Notes: a model not told the origin generated them from the letters alone. DNA of 64,000 bases from Eubacteriales bacterium (GCA_045632285.1 JAZQWJ010000002.1:5155-69154); one strand, 5' to 3'. Positions 35,758 through 45,934 are shown, counted from the first letter of the stretch. Numbers and translations: made by a program.

Positions 35758-37170
35758 ATGAACGATTCGGAGGATCGCAACAGATCCGAGCAGCAGCCTC
35801 ACGATCCAAAAGAAAACGGGCTCTGCGATTTTGACACGCAGCCGACCGAGCTGCCCTCTGTTGGCATGGATATATTTTCGCAACGATCAACGAATGGATC
35901 CTCACCCGCACCTCAATGGTACGGCGTTTCCTACGGCGGTCATACGCAAGCTGATATCCGTGATGCCAAAGAAAAAAAGAAGCGGACAGCTTTGCTCATC
36001 ACACTGTCGGCAGTGCTTTGGGTGCTGTCGTTGCTGATGGGATACGTGGGTGCGATGCTGTATAACAATTATCCGGGAGAATTGCCCGGCCCCAACGTAC
36101 CGGCCGTCAACGGCGGATCCCCCACCGGCTCCGATACGGGCCTTGGGCTTGGAGAAGAAATATTCGGTGCCGAAGGGAACATCGGCTTTGACTATGGCAG
36201 TGTGGTCCTGCACAAAAACGACGGATCGGCGCTGACCGCTTCGACAAACGGCTCTGCGGGGGAAGCTGCTATGAGCAAGATCGATGTGGTCGCACGCGTC
36301 AAGGCGTCTGTGGTAGAGATCACCACGACCGCTACCTCCAATTACGGCTCTGTGGCCGCGGGGGCAGGCAGCGGTGTGATCATTCACGAGTCAGGTGTTA
36401 TCGTTACCAACCATCACGTGATCGAGGGAGCATCCGGTGTTTACGTCCGTTTGACAAACGGTAATACCTACCAGGCGACCGTGCGAGGAACGGACGAGGA
36501 TGGCGATATCGCCGTGATCAAGATCGATCCAAAGGAAACGCTGACCGTTGCAAGACTGGGCTGTAGTACGGCACTGGTCGAGGGCGAGGAGGTCCTTGCC
36601 ATCGGCAATCCCTTGGGAGAGCTCGGCGGCACCGTGACCGACGGCATCGTCAGTCAGGTCGAGCGTGAGATCAACGTTGGCGGCGTAACGATGACGCTGC
36701 TGCAGACCAACGCTGCGATCAATTCCGGAAATTCGGGCGGAGGCCTGTTCAATATGGCGGGCGAGCTGATCGGCGTTGTCAATGCCAAGTGTTCCGCTTC
36801 CGGTGTTGAGGGGCTTGGCTTTGCCATTCCCGTGGACACGGCCATGATTTCCATCAATCATTTGTTAAAGCTGGGGTATATCCCCAATGTGCCCGCTATT
36901 GGTGTGACTTTGGCAGAGGGCACGGTCCGCCAGGGCTTTTATTACCGTCAGGTCGTTTACGTTTATGAAGCGGGCGATCACGCGGAGCTCAAATATCAGG
37001 ACATTTTGATCAGTGTAGATGGCACAGCGATCTCCACGCTTTCCGAGCTGAAGCAGGTCGTGCGCGCTCATAACGTGGGTGACACGGTGACCGTGGTGGT
37101 ATCTCGTGATGGCAGCGAGCTTTCCTTGTCTGTCACGCTGGTCGAATATGTTCCCACAACGACGTCTTAA
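35758..37170 (+). CDS. HtrA/DegP-family membrane-anchored serine protease with PDZ domain
   Basis: Catalytic triad context TNHHV, DIAVIKID, GNSGGGLF; one N-terminal TM helix; C-terminal PDZ-like region; ATG 9 nt after AAAGGAG. Confidence 0.85.
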   Translation: MNDSEDRNRSEQQPHDPKENGLCDFDTQPTELPSVGMDIFSQRSTNGSSPAPQWYGVSYGGHTQADIRDAKEKKKRTALLITLSAVLWVLSLLMGYVGAMLYNNYPGELPGPNVPAVNGGSPTGSDTGLGLGEEIFGAEGNIGFDYGSVVLHKNDGSALTASTNGSAGEAAMSKIDVVARVKASVVEITTTATSNYGSVAAGAGSGVIIHESGVIVTNHHVIEGASGVYVRLTNGNTYQATVRGTDEDGDIAVIKIDPKETLTVARLGCSTALVEGEEVLAIGNPLGELGGTVTDGIVSQVEREINVGGVTMTLLQTNAAINSGNSGGGLFNMAGELIGVVNAKCSASGVEGLGFAIPVDTAMISINHLLKLGYIPNVPAIGVTLAEGTVRQGFYYRQVVYVYEAGDHAELKYQDILISVDGTAISTLSELKQVVRAHNVGDTVTVVVSRDGSELSLSVTLVEYVPTTTS

Positions 37171-37179
37171 GGAGAAGAT

Positions 37180-37869
37180 ATGTATCACATTTTGATCGTG
37201 GATGACGAGGCGCGCATTCGCTCGGTCATTCGCAAATACGCTGAATTTGAAGGGCATTGCGTAACCGAAGCAGGAGACGGTATGCAGGCGGTCAGCCTTT
37301 GCCGCCGTGAAAGCTTTGATATTATCATTATGGACATTATGATGCCGGAGCTTGACGGCTTTTCTGCCTGTCGCGAGATACGTAAGATCTCGCAAACGCC
37401 CATCATTATGCTTTCTGCCAGAGGAGAAGAGTATGATCGCATCAACGGCTTTGAGTTGGGGGTTGACGACTATGTCGTCAAGCCTTTTTCTCCTCGCGAG
37501 CTGATGCTGCGCGTTGAGGCCGTGATGAAGCGTGTTAAGCGCCCGGTCGAGCAATCCGGGCAAAATCAGGTGATAGAGATGGACAACGGAGGATTGCGTG
37601 TGGATCTGACCGCGCGTATCGTTTACGTGGATGGGCAGCGGGTTGAAATGTCACCCAAGGAGTACGATCTGTTTTTTTACCTTTTGCGCAACCGCAACGT
37701 GGCATTGACCCGCGAGCGCTTGATCAGTGAAGTGTGGGGCTACGATTTTTACGGAGATGCACGCACGTTGGATACGCACATCAAGCTGCTGCGCAAAACT
37801 TTGGGTAAGTACAGCGATTATATCGTCACCCTGCGTGGTGTTGGCTATCGCTTTGAGGAGAAAAAATGA
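37180..37869 (+). CDS. OmpR/PhoB-family response regulator
   Basis: Receiver FDIIIMDIMMPELDG; winged-helix VTLRGVGYRFEE. Confidence 0.9.
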   Translation: MYHILIVDDEARIRSVIRKYAEFEGHCVTEAGDGMQAVSLCRRESFDIIIMDIMMPELDGFSACREIRKISQTPIIMLSARGEEYDRINGFELGVDDYVVKPFSPRELMLRVEAVMKRVKRPVEQSGQNQVIEMDNGGLRVDLTARIVYVDGQRVEMSPKEYDLFFYLLRNRNVALTRERLISEVWGYDFYGDARTLDTHIKLLRKTLGKYSDYIVTLRGVGYRFEEKK

Positions 37870-39380
37870 CACGGCGTCAAGGAAAGCTGCAGGATGCGGA
37901 TAAGCACAGCAGTCTGCGCATGCGGTTGTTTGCTTCCTTTACCATTTTTGTTGTGATCATTTTTGCGGCTATGTGGTTTTTTCAGATCCGAATGCTGGGC
38001 TTTTTCTATCAAAGAGAGCGCTTTCAAGAGATCAACCACGTAGCCGATCGCCTGTCGCGGGGAATAGAGAAAGAAAATTTTGCGGATATCGTCAAGGAAA
38101 GTGCCGTGATGGCTGACACCTGCATTCTGGTTTTTGAGGTCAGAGACAGCGTGCTGCGCCCCGTTGCCAATGCAGAGGAGGCGGGGAACTGCGTGATCCA
38201 CCGCCTGAAAAGCGCAGAGCTGCTGAATCGCTATTATATCGGCGCCAAGGAAAGAGGCGGCACCTATGACGAGCGTGTGGAGCTGGAGTATAAGGAGCCC
38301 GAGCGCGAGGAGGATGAGATCGTTGTGCCGGGCAGCCACAAGCAATCCGACTCGGTCAGTGCCGTGCATGCGCGGGTGCTCATGTCCGATGGTAAGGAGT
38401 TTTTGCTTTTGGTCAATTGCGAGCTGACGCCGATGGACGCTACCGTTCGCACGCTGCAGGTACAGTTCTTTTGGTTGGCGGCGATCCTGATCATTGTGGC
38501 AGTCCTTTCCATCACCTTCCTTTCGCGCATCATCTCCCGCCCTCTGATCGCCGTTACCGAAAAGGCGCGCGATCTGCCCAAGGGCACTTACGAGCCGGAT
38601 GTTTCAGGTAGTGGATATCGTGAGATACGTGAGCTGGAGCGGGTGCTGAACTATGCCGCGGTTGAGATCGGTACGGCGGATAAGCTGCAAAAGGAGCTGA
38701 TCGCCAATATCTCACACGATCTGAGAACGCCCTTGACGATGATCAAGGGATACGGCGAAATGATGCGCGATATTCCGGGAGAAAATTCGCCCGAAAACGT
38801 GCAGGTCATCATCGACGAGACCACGCGTCTCAGCGAGCTTGTGGGAGATCTGATGGATCTGTCCAAGCTGCAATCCGGCTCGCGTAAGCCGCAACTGTCC
38901 ACCTTCGATCTGGCGGATACCGTGCGCGAGGTTCTGAAGCGGTACGATGTGCTCATCCGACACGAAGGGTATCGGTTTGAGATCAATATCCCGGAAGGTG
39001 CCCTTGTCACCGCTGACCGTACGCTGCTCCTGCAGGTGATCTATAATCTGATCAACAATGCGGTAAACTACACGGGTGAGGATAAGCGCGTTACTGTAAG
39101 TGAGCTGATCCACGACGGACGTGTGCGCATTTCCGTGGCCGATAGCGGTGAAGGGATCCCACCGGAAAAGATCAAGGATATTTGGGAGCGCTATTACCGC
39201 GTGGACAAGGTGCATAAGCGTGCCGTTATGGGCACGGGGCTTGGATTGTCGATCGTAAAAAGCGTGCTGGAGGCTCATCACGCCGAGTACGGTGTTGATA
39301 GTGCCGTCGGTGTCGGAAGCGTCTTTTGGTTCGAGCTTCCTTTGGCTGCACCTGCCGATGTAAAAGAGGAAGAACCGTAA
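37866..39380 (+). CDS. sensor histidine kinase (two TM helices, HisKA + HATPase_c)
   Basis: H-box ANISHDLRTPLT, N-box NLINNAVNYT, G2 GTGLGLSIV; 4-nt overlap with the regulator gene. Confidence 0.9.
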   Translation: MTRRQGKLQDADKHSSLRMRLFASFTIFVVIIFAAMWFFQIRMLGFFYQRERFQEINHVADRLSRGIEKENFADIVKESAVMADTCILVFEVRDSVLRPVANAEEAGNCVIHRLKSAELLNRYYIGAKERGGTYDERVELEYKEPEREEDEIVVPGSHKQSDSVSAVHARVLMSDGKEFLLLVNCELTPMDATVRTLQVQFFWLAAILIIVAVLSITFLSRIISRPLIAVTEKARDLPKGTYEPDVSGSGYREIRELERVLNYAAVEIGTADKLQKELIANISHDLRTPLTMIKGYGEMMRDIPGENSPENVQVIIDETTRLSELVGDLMDLSKLQSGSRKPQLSTFDLADTVREVLKRYDVLIRHEGYRFEINIPEGALVTADRTLLLQVIYNLINNAVNYTGEDKRVTVSELIHDGRVRISVADSGEGIPPEKIKDIWERYYRVDKVHKRAVMGTGLGLSIVKSVLEAHHAEYGVDSAVGVGSVFWFELPLAAPADVKEEEP

Positions 39381-39416
39381 AATAACGGGATCGCCGTTGG
39401 CGATCCCGTTATTTTG
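39379..39416 (+). terminator. intrinsic terminator after the histidine kinase gene
   Basis: AATAACGGGATCGCC-GTTG-GGCGATCCCGTTATT followed by TT. Confidence 0.75.
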
Positions 39417-39472
39417 GACTTGTAAAATGCGCAATGCTGTGGTAAACTATTGAAAGGAAAGGGGGCGTGACA

Positions 39473-40405
39473 ATGCGCTTTTTGATCGAAAAGCAGGACG
39501 ACGGTCGATTGATCCGTGATTATTTGCGTATGCTGGGCGTATCGGGGCGACTGTCCGCACGCCTCAAAAACAGAGAGGATGGCATCCTGCAAAACGGTCA
39601 CCGCGTAACGGTACGCGCCGTTTTACGAGAGGGAGACGTTTTGGAGCTGGGCATTGAAGAAAAGGAGCCGCCGCTTCACGTTCTTCCAAGAAATATTCCG
39701 GTCGATATCTTGCTGGAGACCCCGGATCTTTTGGCGGTCAACAAGGCAAGTAACACACCCACTCATCCCTCTCACGGTCATTACGAGGATACGCTTGCCA
39801 ATGCGCTGGCCTTTCATTACGGCAGCGAGGATCAGCCCTTTCGCCCGCGATTCGTCAATCGCTTGGATCGCAATACCACCGGTGTCGTATTGGTTGCCCG
39901 TCACGCCTTGTCGGCGGCGCTGCTTTATGCTGCTATGGCCGAGGGGAGCGTGCAAAAAAGCTATCTGGCCGTTGTGCGGGGGCGGGTAAGCTCTACCGTG
40001 ATCAAAAGCGGTATCCGCCGCCGCGAGCAAAGCGTGATCTTTCGTGAGGTGTGCCGCATTGGAGAAGGGGATTACGCAGAGACCGTTGTCGAGACTCTGG
40101 CGGCGAACGATGCGCTTTCGCTGGTCAGACTAACGCCCAAGACCGGGCGTACGCATCAGCTGCGTGTGCATATGGCGTGGATCGGTCATCCGCTGCTTGG
40201 CGACGAACTGTACGGTGACGGCAAGGGCATGTCGCGCCACGCGCTTCACGCCGCACGGTTAACGTTCCCGATGCCCGGAACCGAGCAAAACGTAACAGTC
40301 TGCGCGCCGCTTCCGGCGGATATGGCAGAAAAAATTGCAGAGCTTGGAAAGGAGGCGATCAGGCTTGCTCAAAAAGAAAGTGGCCAAACGGGTGCGGAAT
40401 TATGA
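39473..40405 (+). CDS. RluA-family pseudouridine synthase
   Basis: S4-like N-terminus; catalytic motif NRLDRNTTGVVLVA; HQLRVH; ATG at 39473 (alternative GTG 39467). Confidence 0.85.
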   Translation: MRFLIEKQDDGRLIRDYLRMLGVSGRLSARLKNREDGILQNGHRVTVRAVLREGDVLELGIEEKEPPLHVLPRNIPVDILLETPDLLAVNKASNTPTHPSHGHYEDTLANALAFHYGSEDQPFRPRFVNRLDRNTTGVVLVARHALSAALLYAAMAEGSVQKSYLAVVRGRVSSTVIKSGIRRREQSVIFREVCRIGEGDYAETVVETLAANDALSLVRLTPKTGRTHQLRVHMAWIGHPLLGDELYGDGKGMSRHALHAARLTFPMPGTEQNVTVCAPLPADMAEKIAELGKEAIRLAQKESGQTGAEL

Positions 40406-41492
40406 AAAATTCTCACCGCTTTTCTATGTGCTCTGCGCATTTGCGATCTTAGCATTGCTCGTGCTGATCCTTGCTGTTTGCAGCACGGGGTTTTCCAATG
40501 CGTATAACGGCAGCGTTGGCGCCGTTGTTCGCGCCTTTCTGGCACATTTGACCTCTTGGATCCCCTTTTCCTTGGCAGAGGCCTTGCTGTATACCGCACC
40601 GCTTCTGATCGTCATAACGGTGATCTACGCCTGTCGTTATCGTTGCAAAAGCACAAAAAGTACCTTGGTCTTTCTGGCTACGGTCGTATCGGTGTTCAGC
40701 ATCTTTTTTTCATTGTTCGTCTTGGGCTTTGGCGTTGGGTATCACACCGATCCTTTGGATCGGCGGTTGGATCTGTCTGCAGAAAAGGTTACGGTCGACG
40801 AGCTTTACGATACTGCCTGCTGGCTGGCGGAGGAGACCAACAGGGCGGCCGGCGAGGTGAGCTTTGGAGAGGATCGCTTTTCCGTTATGCCATATGACCG
40901 GCGCGAGCTTTGCGATCGTCTGCTGCTTGCGTACGGGTCCGTTTGTGGCGAATATCCCTTTATCCAGCGTTTGGATAGCAGCATCAAGCCCGTTCTCGCC
41001 TCCGAGGTGATGTCGCATATGCATATCACGGGCGTTTACACTTATTTTACCGGAGAGGCAAATCTCAACGTTAATTTTCCGGATTATACCTTGCCCTATA
41101 CCGCCGCCCACGAGCTGGCGCATCAGCGGGGGATCGCGCGGGAAAACGAGGCCAATTTTATCGCCTTTTTGGTGACGTCGCGCTCTGAGGATGCCTATAT
41201 ACGTTATTCGGGGTATCTGAATTTATTTGAATACGTTTCCTCTGCGCTGTATCGCGTTGATCGAGAGCGCTATCGTGAGGTCATCAGATCGCTGGATGCG
41301 CGTGTGATCGATGAGATGCGGGCATATTCCGATTTCTTTGACGCCTATCGTGACTCCGTGATCGCCAATGTGTCCGGGGCCGTGAATGATGCTTATCTCA
41401 AGCTCAACGGCAACGAGGCAGGAACTGCCAGCTATGGGCTTGTGGTGGACCTTGCCGTGGCATATCGAAAGGCTCAAGCTTCAACAAAATAA
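40365..41492 (+). CDS. DUF3810-like membrane protein with HExxH zinc-peptidase motif
   Basis: N-terminal TM helices and AAHELAHQRGIARENEANF; start uncertain (TTG 40365 is 10 nt after GGAAAGGAGG; ORF opens at 40335) and overlaps the rluA-family gene end. Confidence 0.55.
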   Translation: MLKKKVAKRVRNYEKFSPLFYVLCAFAILALLVLILAVCSTGFSNAYNGSVGAVVRAFLAHLTSWIPFSLAEALLYTAPLLIVITVIYACRYRCKSTKSTLVFLATVVSVFSIFFSLFVLGFGVGYHTDPLDRRLDLSAEKVTVDELYDTACWLAEETNRAAGEVSFGEDRFSVMPYDRRELCDRLLLAYGSVCGEYPFIQRLDSSIKPVLASEVMSHMHITGVYTYFTGEANLNVNFPDYTLPYTAAHELAHQRGIARENEANFIAFLVTSRSEDAYIRYSGYLNLFEYVSSALYRVDRERYREVIRSLDARVIDEMRAYSDFFDAYRDSVIANVSGAVNDAYLKLNGNEAGTASYGLVVDLAVAYRKAQASTK

Positions 41493-41495
41493 CAC

Positions 41496-41545
41496 AAAAA
41501 GTCTGCACGTGTTGCATTTTTTGCGACGCGTGCAGACTTTTTGTG
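41496..41545 (+). terminator. intrinsic terminator after the DUF3810-like gene
   Basis: AAAAAGTCTGCACG...CGTGCAGACTTTTT. Confidence 0.7.
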
Positions 41546-41609
41546 CTTCACCGCCCTCCGTTAAACGGCATATACTGCTGTCAAACGGATACAGGAGGCG
41601 GGAGTGGGT

Positions 41610-42857
41610 ATGCAAAGGATCTTGGTCAAGGGAGGGCGGCGACTATCGGGCGAGGTGGTTATCGGCGGCAGTAAAAATGCGGCTTTGCCGATCCTGTTCG
41701 GCGGTATCGTGACAGGCGACGTATGTGTGTTTTCGGGCTTGCCGCGCGTCAGCGACGTGCTGCAAGCGCTGGAGATCTTAAAATATCTTGGTGCGCGCAT
41801 CTGCTTTCTCGGCAGCGGAGAGGTGCGCGTGGATTACAGTACCGTTCATTATGATAGGGTGCCCGCAGCCCTCACAAGTCCGATCCGAGGCTCTACTTAT
41901 TTGCTTGGAGCTATGCTTGGGCGCTTTGGCAAGGCCGCGCTTGGCGGCTCAGGCGGCTGCAACCTGGGGGCGCGACCCATCGACCAGCATCTCAAGGGTT
42001 TTGCCTGCTTGGGGGCCTGTGTGCATTGCGGTGAGGAGGGCGTAACGGTAGAGGCGCCCGATGGTTTGCGCGGCGCCGAGATCTTTTTGGATATGCCGTC
42101 GGTCGGTGCAACCGCTAATCTGCTTTTGGCGTGTGCCTGTGCACACGGAAAAAGTGTGATACACAATGCCGCTGCCGAGCCGCACGTGGCGGCTCTGGCG
42201 GCGTTTCTTTGCGACGCGGGTGCGCAGATCTCTCCAATAAGTGGCCGGACGGTATGTGTTTCGGGTGATTTCCCCTTGCGCGGCACCCATTGTGTCATCA
42301 TTCCCGATATGATCGAGGCAGGCACTTACCTTGCAATAGGAGCTGCTTGTGGCGGGCCGATCTGCGTTCGTGCGGTCTCCCCCGCGCATTTGACCTGTTT
42401 TTTAGAAACGTTACAGCAAATAGGAAGCAGCGTCAAGCTTGAAAAAAGAGAGATCACGGCTTCTTCTCCAAGCAAATGGAGTGGAGCAAGCGTTGTGACA
42501 GGCCCCTTTCCCGCATTTCCAACGGATCTGCATCCGCAGCTGGCGGCCGTGCTGGCCGCCCGCGCGCAGGGGAGCATAAGGGAGACCGTGTTCGCTTCCA
42601 GATTCGGTTATGTGACAGAGCTGCAAAAAATGGGAGCGGATATGGCGGTAACGGGATCCACGGTCAGTATACGGCCGGCACGTTTGCACGGCGCTAAAAT
42701 GAGATCCCCCGATCTGCGGGGCGGGGCAGCCCTGTTGATCGCCGCGCTTGCAGCGGAAGGGTACAGTGAGATCACCAACGCCGCTACTGTGGGGCGTGGA
42801 TATGAGCATTTAGAAGCAAAGCTTCGCGCCCTCGGGGCAGAAATAGAGGTTTATTAA
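41610..42857 (+). CDS. murA: UDP-N-acetylglucosamine 1-carboxyvinyltransferase
   Basis: MQRILVKGGRRLSGEVVIGGSKNAALPIL N-terminus; active-site Cys context GGCNLGARPIDQH; alternative GTG at 41604. Confidence 0.9.
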   Translation: MQRILVKGGRRLSGEVVIGGSKNAALPILFGGIVTGDVCVFSGLPRVSDVLQALEILKYLGARICFLGSGEVRVDYSTVHYDRVPAALTSPIRGSTYLLGAMLGRFGKAALGGSGGCNLGARPIDQHLKGFACLGACVHCGEEGVTVEAPDGLRGAEIFLDMPSVGATANLLLACACAHGKSVIHNAAAEPHVAALAAFLCDAGAQISPISGRTVCVSGDFPLRGTHCVIIPDMIEAGTYLAIGAACGGPICVRAVSPAHLTCFLETLQQIGSSVKLEKREITASSPSKWSGASVVTGPFPAFPTDLHPQLAAVLAARAQGSIRETVFASRFGYVTELQKMGADMAVTGSTVSIRPARLHGAKMRSPDLRGGAALLIAALAAEGYSEITNAATVGRGYEHLEAKLRALGAEIEVY

Positions 42858-42894
42858 AAAAGAGCGTTGGCCAATGGCCAACGCTCTTTTTTTT
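42856..42894. terminator. bidirectional intrinsic terminator (murA / DUF4091-like gene)
   Basis: AAAAAAGAGCGTTGGCC-AAT-GGCCAACGCTCTTTTTTTT. Confidence 0.8.
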
Positions 42895-44542
42895 ACTTTT
42901 TGCTTGCCAGTCTATTGATCTCGTTGCGCAGATCCAGCAAATACTGAGGATGGGAGGGATAATGCATAAAGTCCACATCACAGCAGCGGTCAATGGCGGC
43001 GACAACTGCGTCACGTCCGCTGACCTGCTCGGCCAGCTTCATGGCGCGCATATCGTAAAGTCCTTGCTCAAACAGTACCGCGCGGATGGAGGGAACGGGC
43101 TGTCCGTCCATGCCGGGGTAAACGGTCACGGCATCACCTGCCGGGCCAAAATAGTCGCCGTCGGTCACCAGATAGGGGTTGATCAGCTTGCGGGAATATT
43201 GGTTATAGTAGAAATTATATCCCCACTGTAAAAAGCCGACAACGCCTGCTTTGTACATTTGCGCGCCGATCACACGGGTGCGCTGAGGCGTCATGGCGAT
43301 AAACCGATTCGAGCCGATGGTGCCGGGTCCGCAGCAGTAGTACACCCACAGATCGGGTACGTGATTGGCCACAAATTCGTCGGCGCTGTTGATAACGGGA
43401 ATGGGGTTCTTGGTCACACCCTTTTCATAAAATTCGTAATGCGAAAGGGCATCGCGCACGGGGCAGTCGCATATCAGATCCCAAATACTGTTTTTTACCT
43501 TTTCATAGGTGGGCAGATGATCCGTGTGGGGCTCGTCGGAAATATGGAAGAAGTAATGCCCCTTATAGCCGTATTCGTCCAGCTTTTCACGGACAGCGGG
43601 GATCAGTACGCGCAAAAATCCAACGTATTCCGCGCCGGTGGCGTCGGTGTCCCAACCAAATATGCGTTTGTACTCACCGTCAACGGTGGCCATGATCTTG
43701 GGCGCGTGCTCGGCTCCCCATTGGGTAAAGAAGTGAGCGATCTCCAGCTCCTTTACACCTGCGCGGCGGCACATTTCGCAAAAGCGCTGCAGCTTGTCAA
43801 AGCCAAAGACGTACTTGCCGTCCTCAACGCGCACGTCCACCAGCTGCACCGTGGGGCGCTCGCTGCCCACCAATGTGTCAAGGGGAGGCGTAAAGATGGG
43901 GGTCAGCAGGGCATTGTTGCCGATCTTAACCGACATTTTTACAAAATTTTCTACGATCTCCCAGTGCCGCTCGGAAAAGACCGCTACGTTATAGTAATCG
44001 GCAAGGCAGTCATAGTGGAACCACTGCGTACAGGTAAAGTCGATCTCGGGCAGCACGCCCTCCAGCACCTCAAGCTCCAGGGTGGCAGAGATGGGCTCTG
44101 CGGATTTTTCGGGATGAAGGGTTACGGTAACGGGGTAAACGCCGGGGGCGATGTCCTTGGGCAGATCTAACTCGAAATAGAGCTGTCCCGTGCGATTTTG
44201 GCAAATGAGAACGGCATCGGTCTTGCGCAGCACATCGGGATAAAGCCCGGGCTCGTGTCCGATATAATCCTCGTTAAAATCGTTTCGATAGTGGGGCATA
44301 CGCACCGGCACGTGATCCACCTCGTAGACCGTTATAAAGGGGGCAAGCTTGCCCTCAACGGTAACGGGGGTGTAAATGCCGTGGGCAGAGGGGGACTGCG
44401 CAGTCTCCCAAACTGCCGAGAAATATACACGGTCGCCCTGCAATGCGGTGGTGCTTTTATAAACAGGGAACAGACGTACGCTATCGGTGATACGTGCCTT
44501 GGTGAGGGGGGAAGTGATCCTAAATTTCAAGGTGTCCTTCAT
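42893..44542 (-). CDS. uncharacterised cytoplasmic protein, DUF4091/glycoside-hydrolase-like
   Basis: 549 aa, no signal peptide; overall resemblance to DUF4091 proteins recalled from memory only. Confidence 0.4.
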   Translation of the reverse strand: MKDTLKFRITSPLTKARITDSVRLFPVYKSTTALQGDRVYFSAVWETAQSPSAHGIYTPVTVEGKLAPFITVYEVDHVPVRMPHYRNDFNEDYIGHEPGLYPDVLRKTDAVLICQNRTGQLYFELDLPKDIAPGVYPVTVTLHPEKSAEPISATLELEVLEGVLPEIDFTCTQWFHYDCLADYYNVAVFSERHWEIVENFVKMSVKIGNNALLTPIFTPPLDTLVGSERPTVQLVDVRVEDGKYVFGFDKLQRFCEMCRRAGVKELEIAHFFTQWGAEHAPKIMATVDGEYKRIFGWDTDATGAEYVGFLRVLIPAVREKLDEYGYKGHYFFHISDEPHTDHLPTYEKVKNSIWDLICDCPVRDALSHYEFYEKGVTKNPIPVINSADEFVANHVPDLWVYYCCGPGTIGSNRFIAMTPQRTRVIGAQMYKAGVVGFLQWGYNFYYNQYSRKLINPYLVTDGDYFGPAGDAVTVYPGMDGQPVPSIRAVLFEQGLYDMRAMKLAEQVSGRDAVVAAIDRCCDVDFMHYPSHPQYLLDLRNEINRLASKK

Positions 44543-44690
44543 AGCAAGCCTCCTGATCGGTTGATAACACCATTATACTCCAATTCAAAAACAAAGTAAA
44601 GATGCTTTTGGATAAAAAATCTATAAATTCGGAGATACTTTCCAATATAGCTTGCGTCGCTTGCTAAAAGCATTTTATTGCAGATCGCGT

Positions 44691-44731
44691 TAAAATAAAA
44701 CCCGCTTTCCGTTGCCGAAAAGCGGGTTTTC
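44691..44731 (-). terminator. intrinsic terminator after the ABM gene (end of the yajC operon)
   Basis: Minus strand AAAACCCGCTTT-loop-AAAGCGGGTTTT followed by ATTTTA. Confidence 0.7.
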
Positions 44732-44752
44732 TGATACCGTTATGCCACCAAA

Positions 44753-45046
44753 TCAGTCAAAAGCTGCGGGTGTGGTGGGGATGGCCTTGCGGGGGCTGGC
44801 CATGTAGGGCGCTACAGTCTCTCTCCACTTCAGATAATGCTCGGTGGTCTTGTGGAAGGCGGCGGCCTCGTCGCTTGCAAACACCTCGTACAGCACAAAC
44901 TTGGTGGGGTCGTTGTTGTCCTGCAAAACGTCAAAGCGGATGTTTCCGGCCTCTTTGCGGGAGTTTTCGTGGTTGTAGAGCGTGATCTTGCGGAAGTCCT
45001 CTACGTTTTCGGGCTTTACGTCAACAAAAACAAGGGTAGCGATCAT
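44753..45046 (-). CDS. ABM-domain (antibiotic biosynthesis monooxygenase-like) protein
   Basis: 97 aa ferredoxin-like fold pattern: IATLVFVDVKPENVEDF...FVLYEVFASDEAAAFHKTTEHY. Confidence 0.75.
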   Translation of the reverse strand: MIATLVFVDVKPENVEDFRKITLYNHENSRKEAGNIRFDVLQDNNDPTKFVLYEVFASDEAAAFHKTTEHYLKWRETVAPYMASPRKAIPTTPAAFD

Positions 45047-45072
45047 TTTTCTTCTCCTTTATGTTGTTCTTT

Positions 45073-45444
45073 TTAACCGAGAATTTCTCGGATCAGCACT
45101 TGATTTTCGCCTACAGGTGTCACGCCTGCAGGGAGCCTATCCGCAACCGATGCCAGTGCCGTGCGCAAAAGCGGTTCCTCGGCATCAGGTAAGCGGATCG
45201 TACCGTTTTCAGGGCTGAAAATCACCCCGTTGGCGGCCTTTTCGTATAATTCGTCATAGGCTTGCTCTACCGCATCGGAGGAAAATTTGGCCAACTCATA
45301 TCGCAGTGCCGTAGGGCAGACGGGCTCCATTGGGGGAGATATAGCCTCTAACATACGGTATTGCAGACCCGAAACCGTTGACAATGCACCGGATACCGTA
45401 TCCCAAGTATATTTTTTGCCGTTATAGCGAAACAAAGCAAGCAT
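45073..45444 (-). CDS. hypothetical protein (123 aa)
   Basis: Start at MLALFRY with AAAGGAG 8 nt upstream; no recognised domain; ORF-track 5' extension rejected. Confidence 0.5.
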   Translation of the reverse strand: MLALFRYNGKKYTWDTVSGALSTVSGLQYRMLEAISPPMEPVCPTALRYELAKFSSDAVEQAYDELYEKAANGVIFSPENGTIRLPDAEEPLLRTALASVADRLPAGVTPVGENQVLIREILG

Positions 45445-45457
45445 AGCAGATCTCCTT

Positions 45458-45934
45458 TTAACGTTTTCTTCGTCTTTTGCGCTGTCCGGAGCCGCGGGAT
45501 CCTGCCCAAGCGCCAAGTGCGGCGGCCGGCAGTAGACAAACGTGAGCAAGCAGAGAAAGCACGGCAGACGTATCGCCTTTCCACGCAGTCGGCAGAAAAA
45601 GTCCGATCAGGGCCCATATAGCAAGCAATAGGGTGCCCTCTCCAAGGCCGCACAGCAGGGGAGCGCGGCGGTGATTGAGGCGCAGTGCTGCAAATCCCCC
45701 CACAAAGGCAGAAAGATACAGCAGCGTGCAGCCCGTTATCGTTTGATAGCGGTTTGGATCCTTAACGCGAAGCAGTAAGGCGGTGAAGAGTAAAAGAAGC
45801 AGCAAGCCCGTCACCACCGTAATGGGAAGCGCCCCAAGGACGCTTTTGGCCGTGGCGGATAGGGTAAAGGAACCCTCCTTCTCGGTTACGGTACGGCGAC
45901 GCCGTCTTGCTGCTTTCTTTTTGGAAACGGACAT
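45458..45934 (-). CDS. small integral membrane protein with poly-basic termini (resembles TIGR04086-type proteins)
   Basis: Start at MSVSKKK after AAAGGAGG; 3-4 TM helices; KKKAARRRRR N-terminus and GQRKRRRKR C-terminus. Confidence 0.55.
   Translation of the reverse strand: MSVSKKKAARRRRRTVTEKEGSFTLSATAKSVLGALPITVVTGLLLLLLFTALLLRVKDPNRYQTITGCTLLYLSAFVGGFAALRLNHRRAPLLCGLGEGTLLLAIWALIGLFLPTAWKGDTSAVLSLLAHVCLLPAAALGAWAGSRGSGQRKRRRKR

Noticed and set aside
39321-39340. GGTTCGA string resembling a tRNA T-loop
   Set aside because: It lies inside the histidine-kinase coding frame with no acceptor or anticodon stem context. No tRNA or rRNA gene was detected anywhere in the window.
44601-44666. 21-codon ORF MLLDKKSINSEILSNIACVAC in the spacer upstream of the DUF4091-like gene
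   Set aside because: It has no Shine-Dalgarno sequence, lies in the promoter region of the divergent or neighbouring gene, and cannot be supported from sequence alone.
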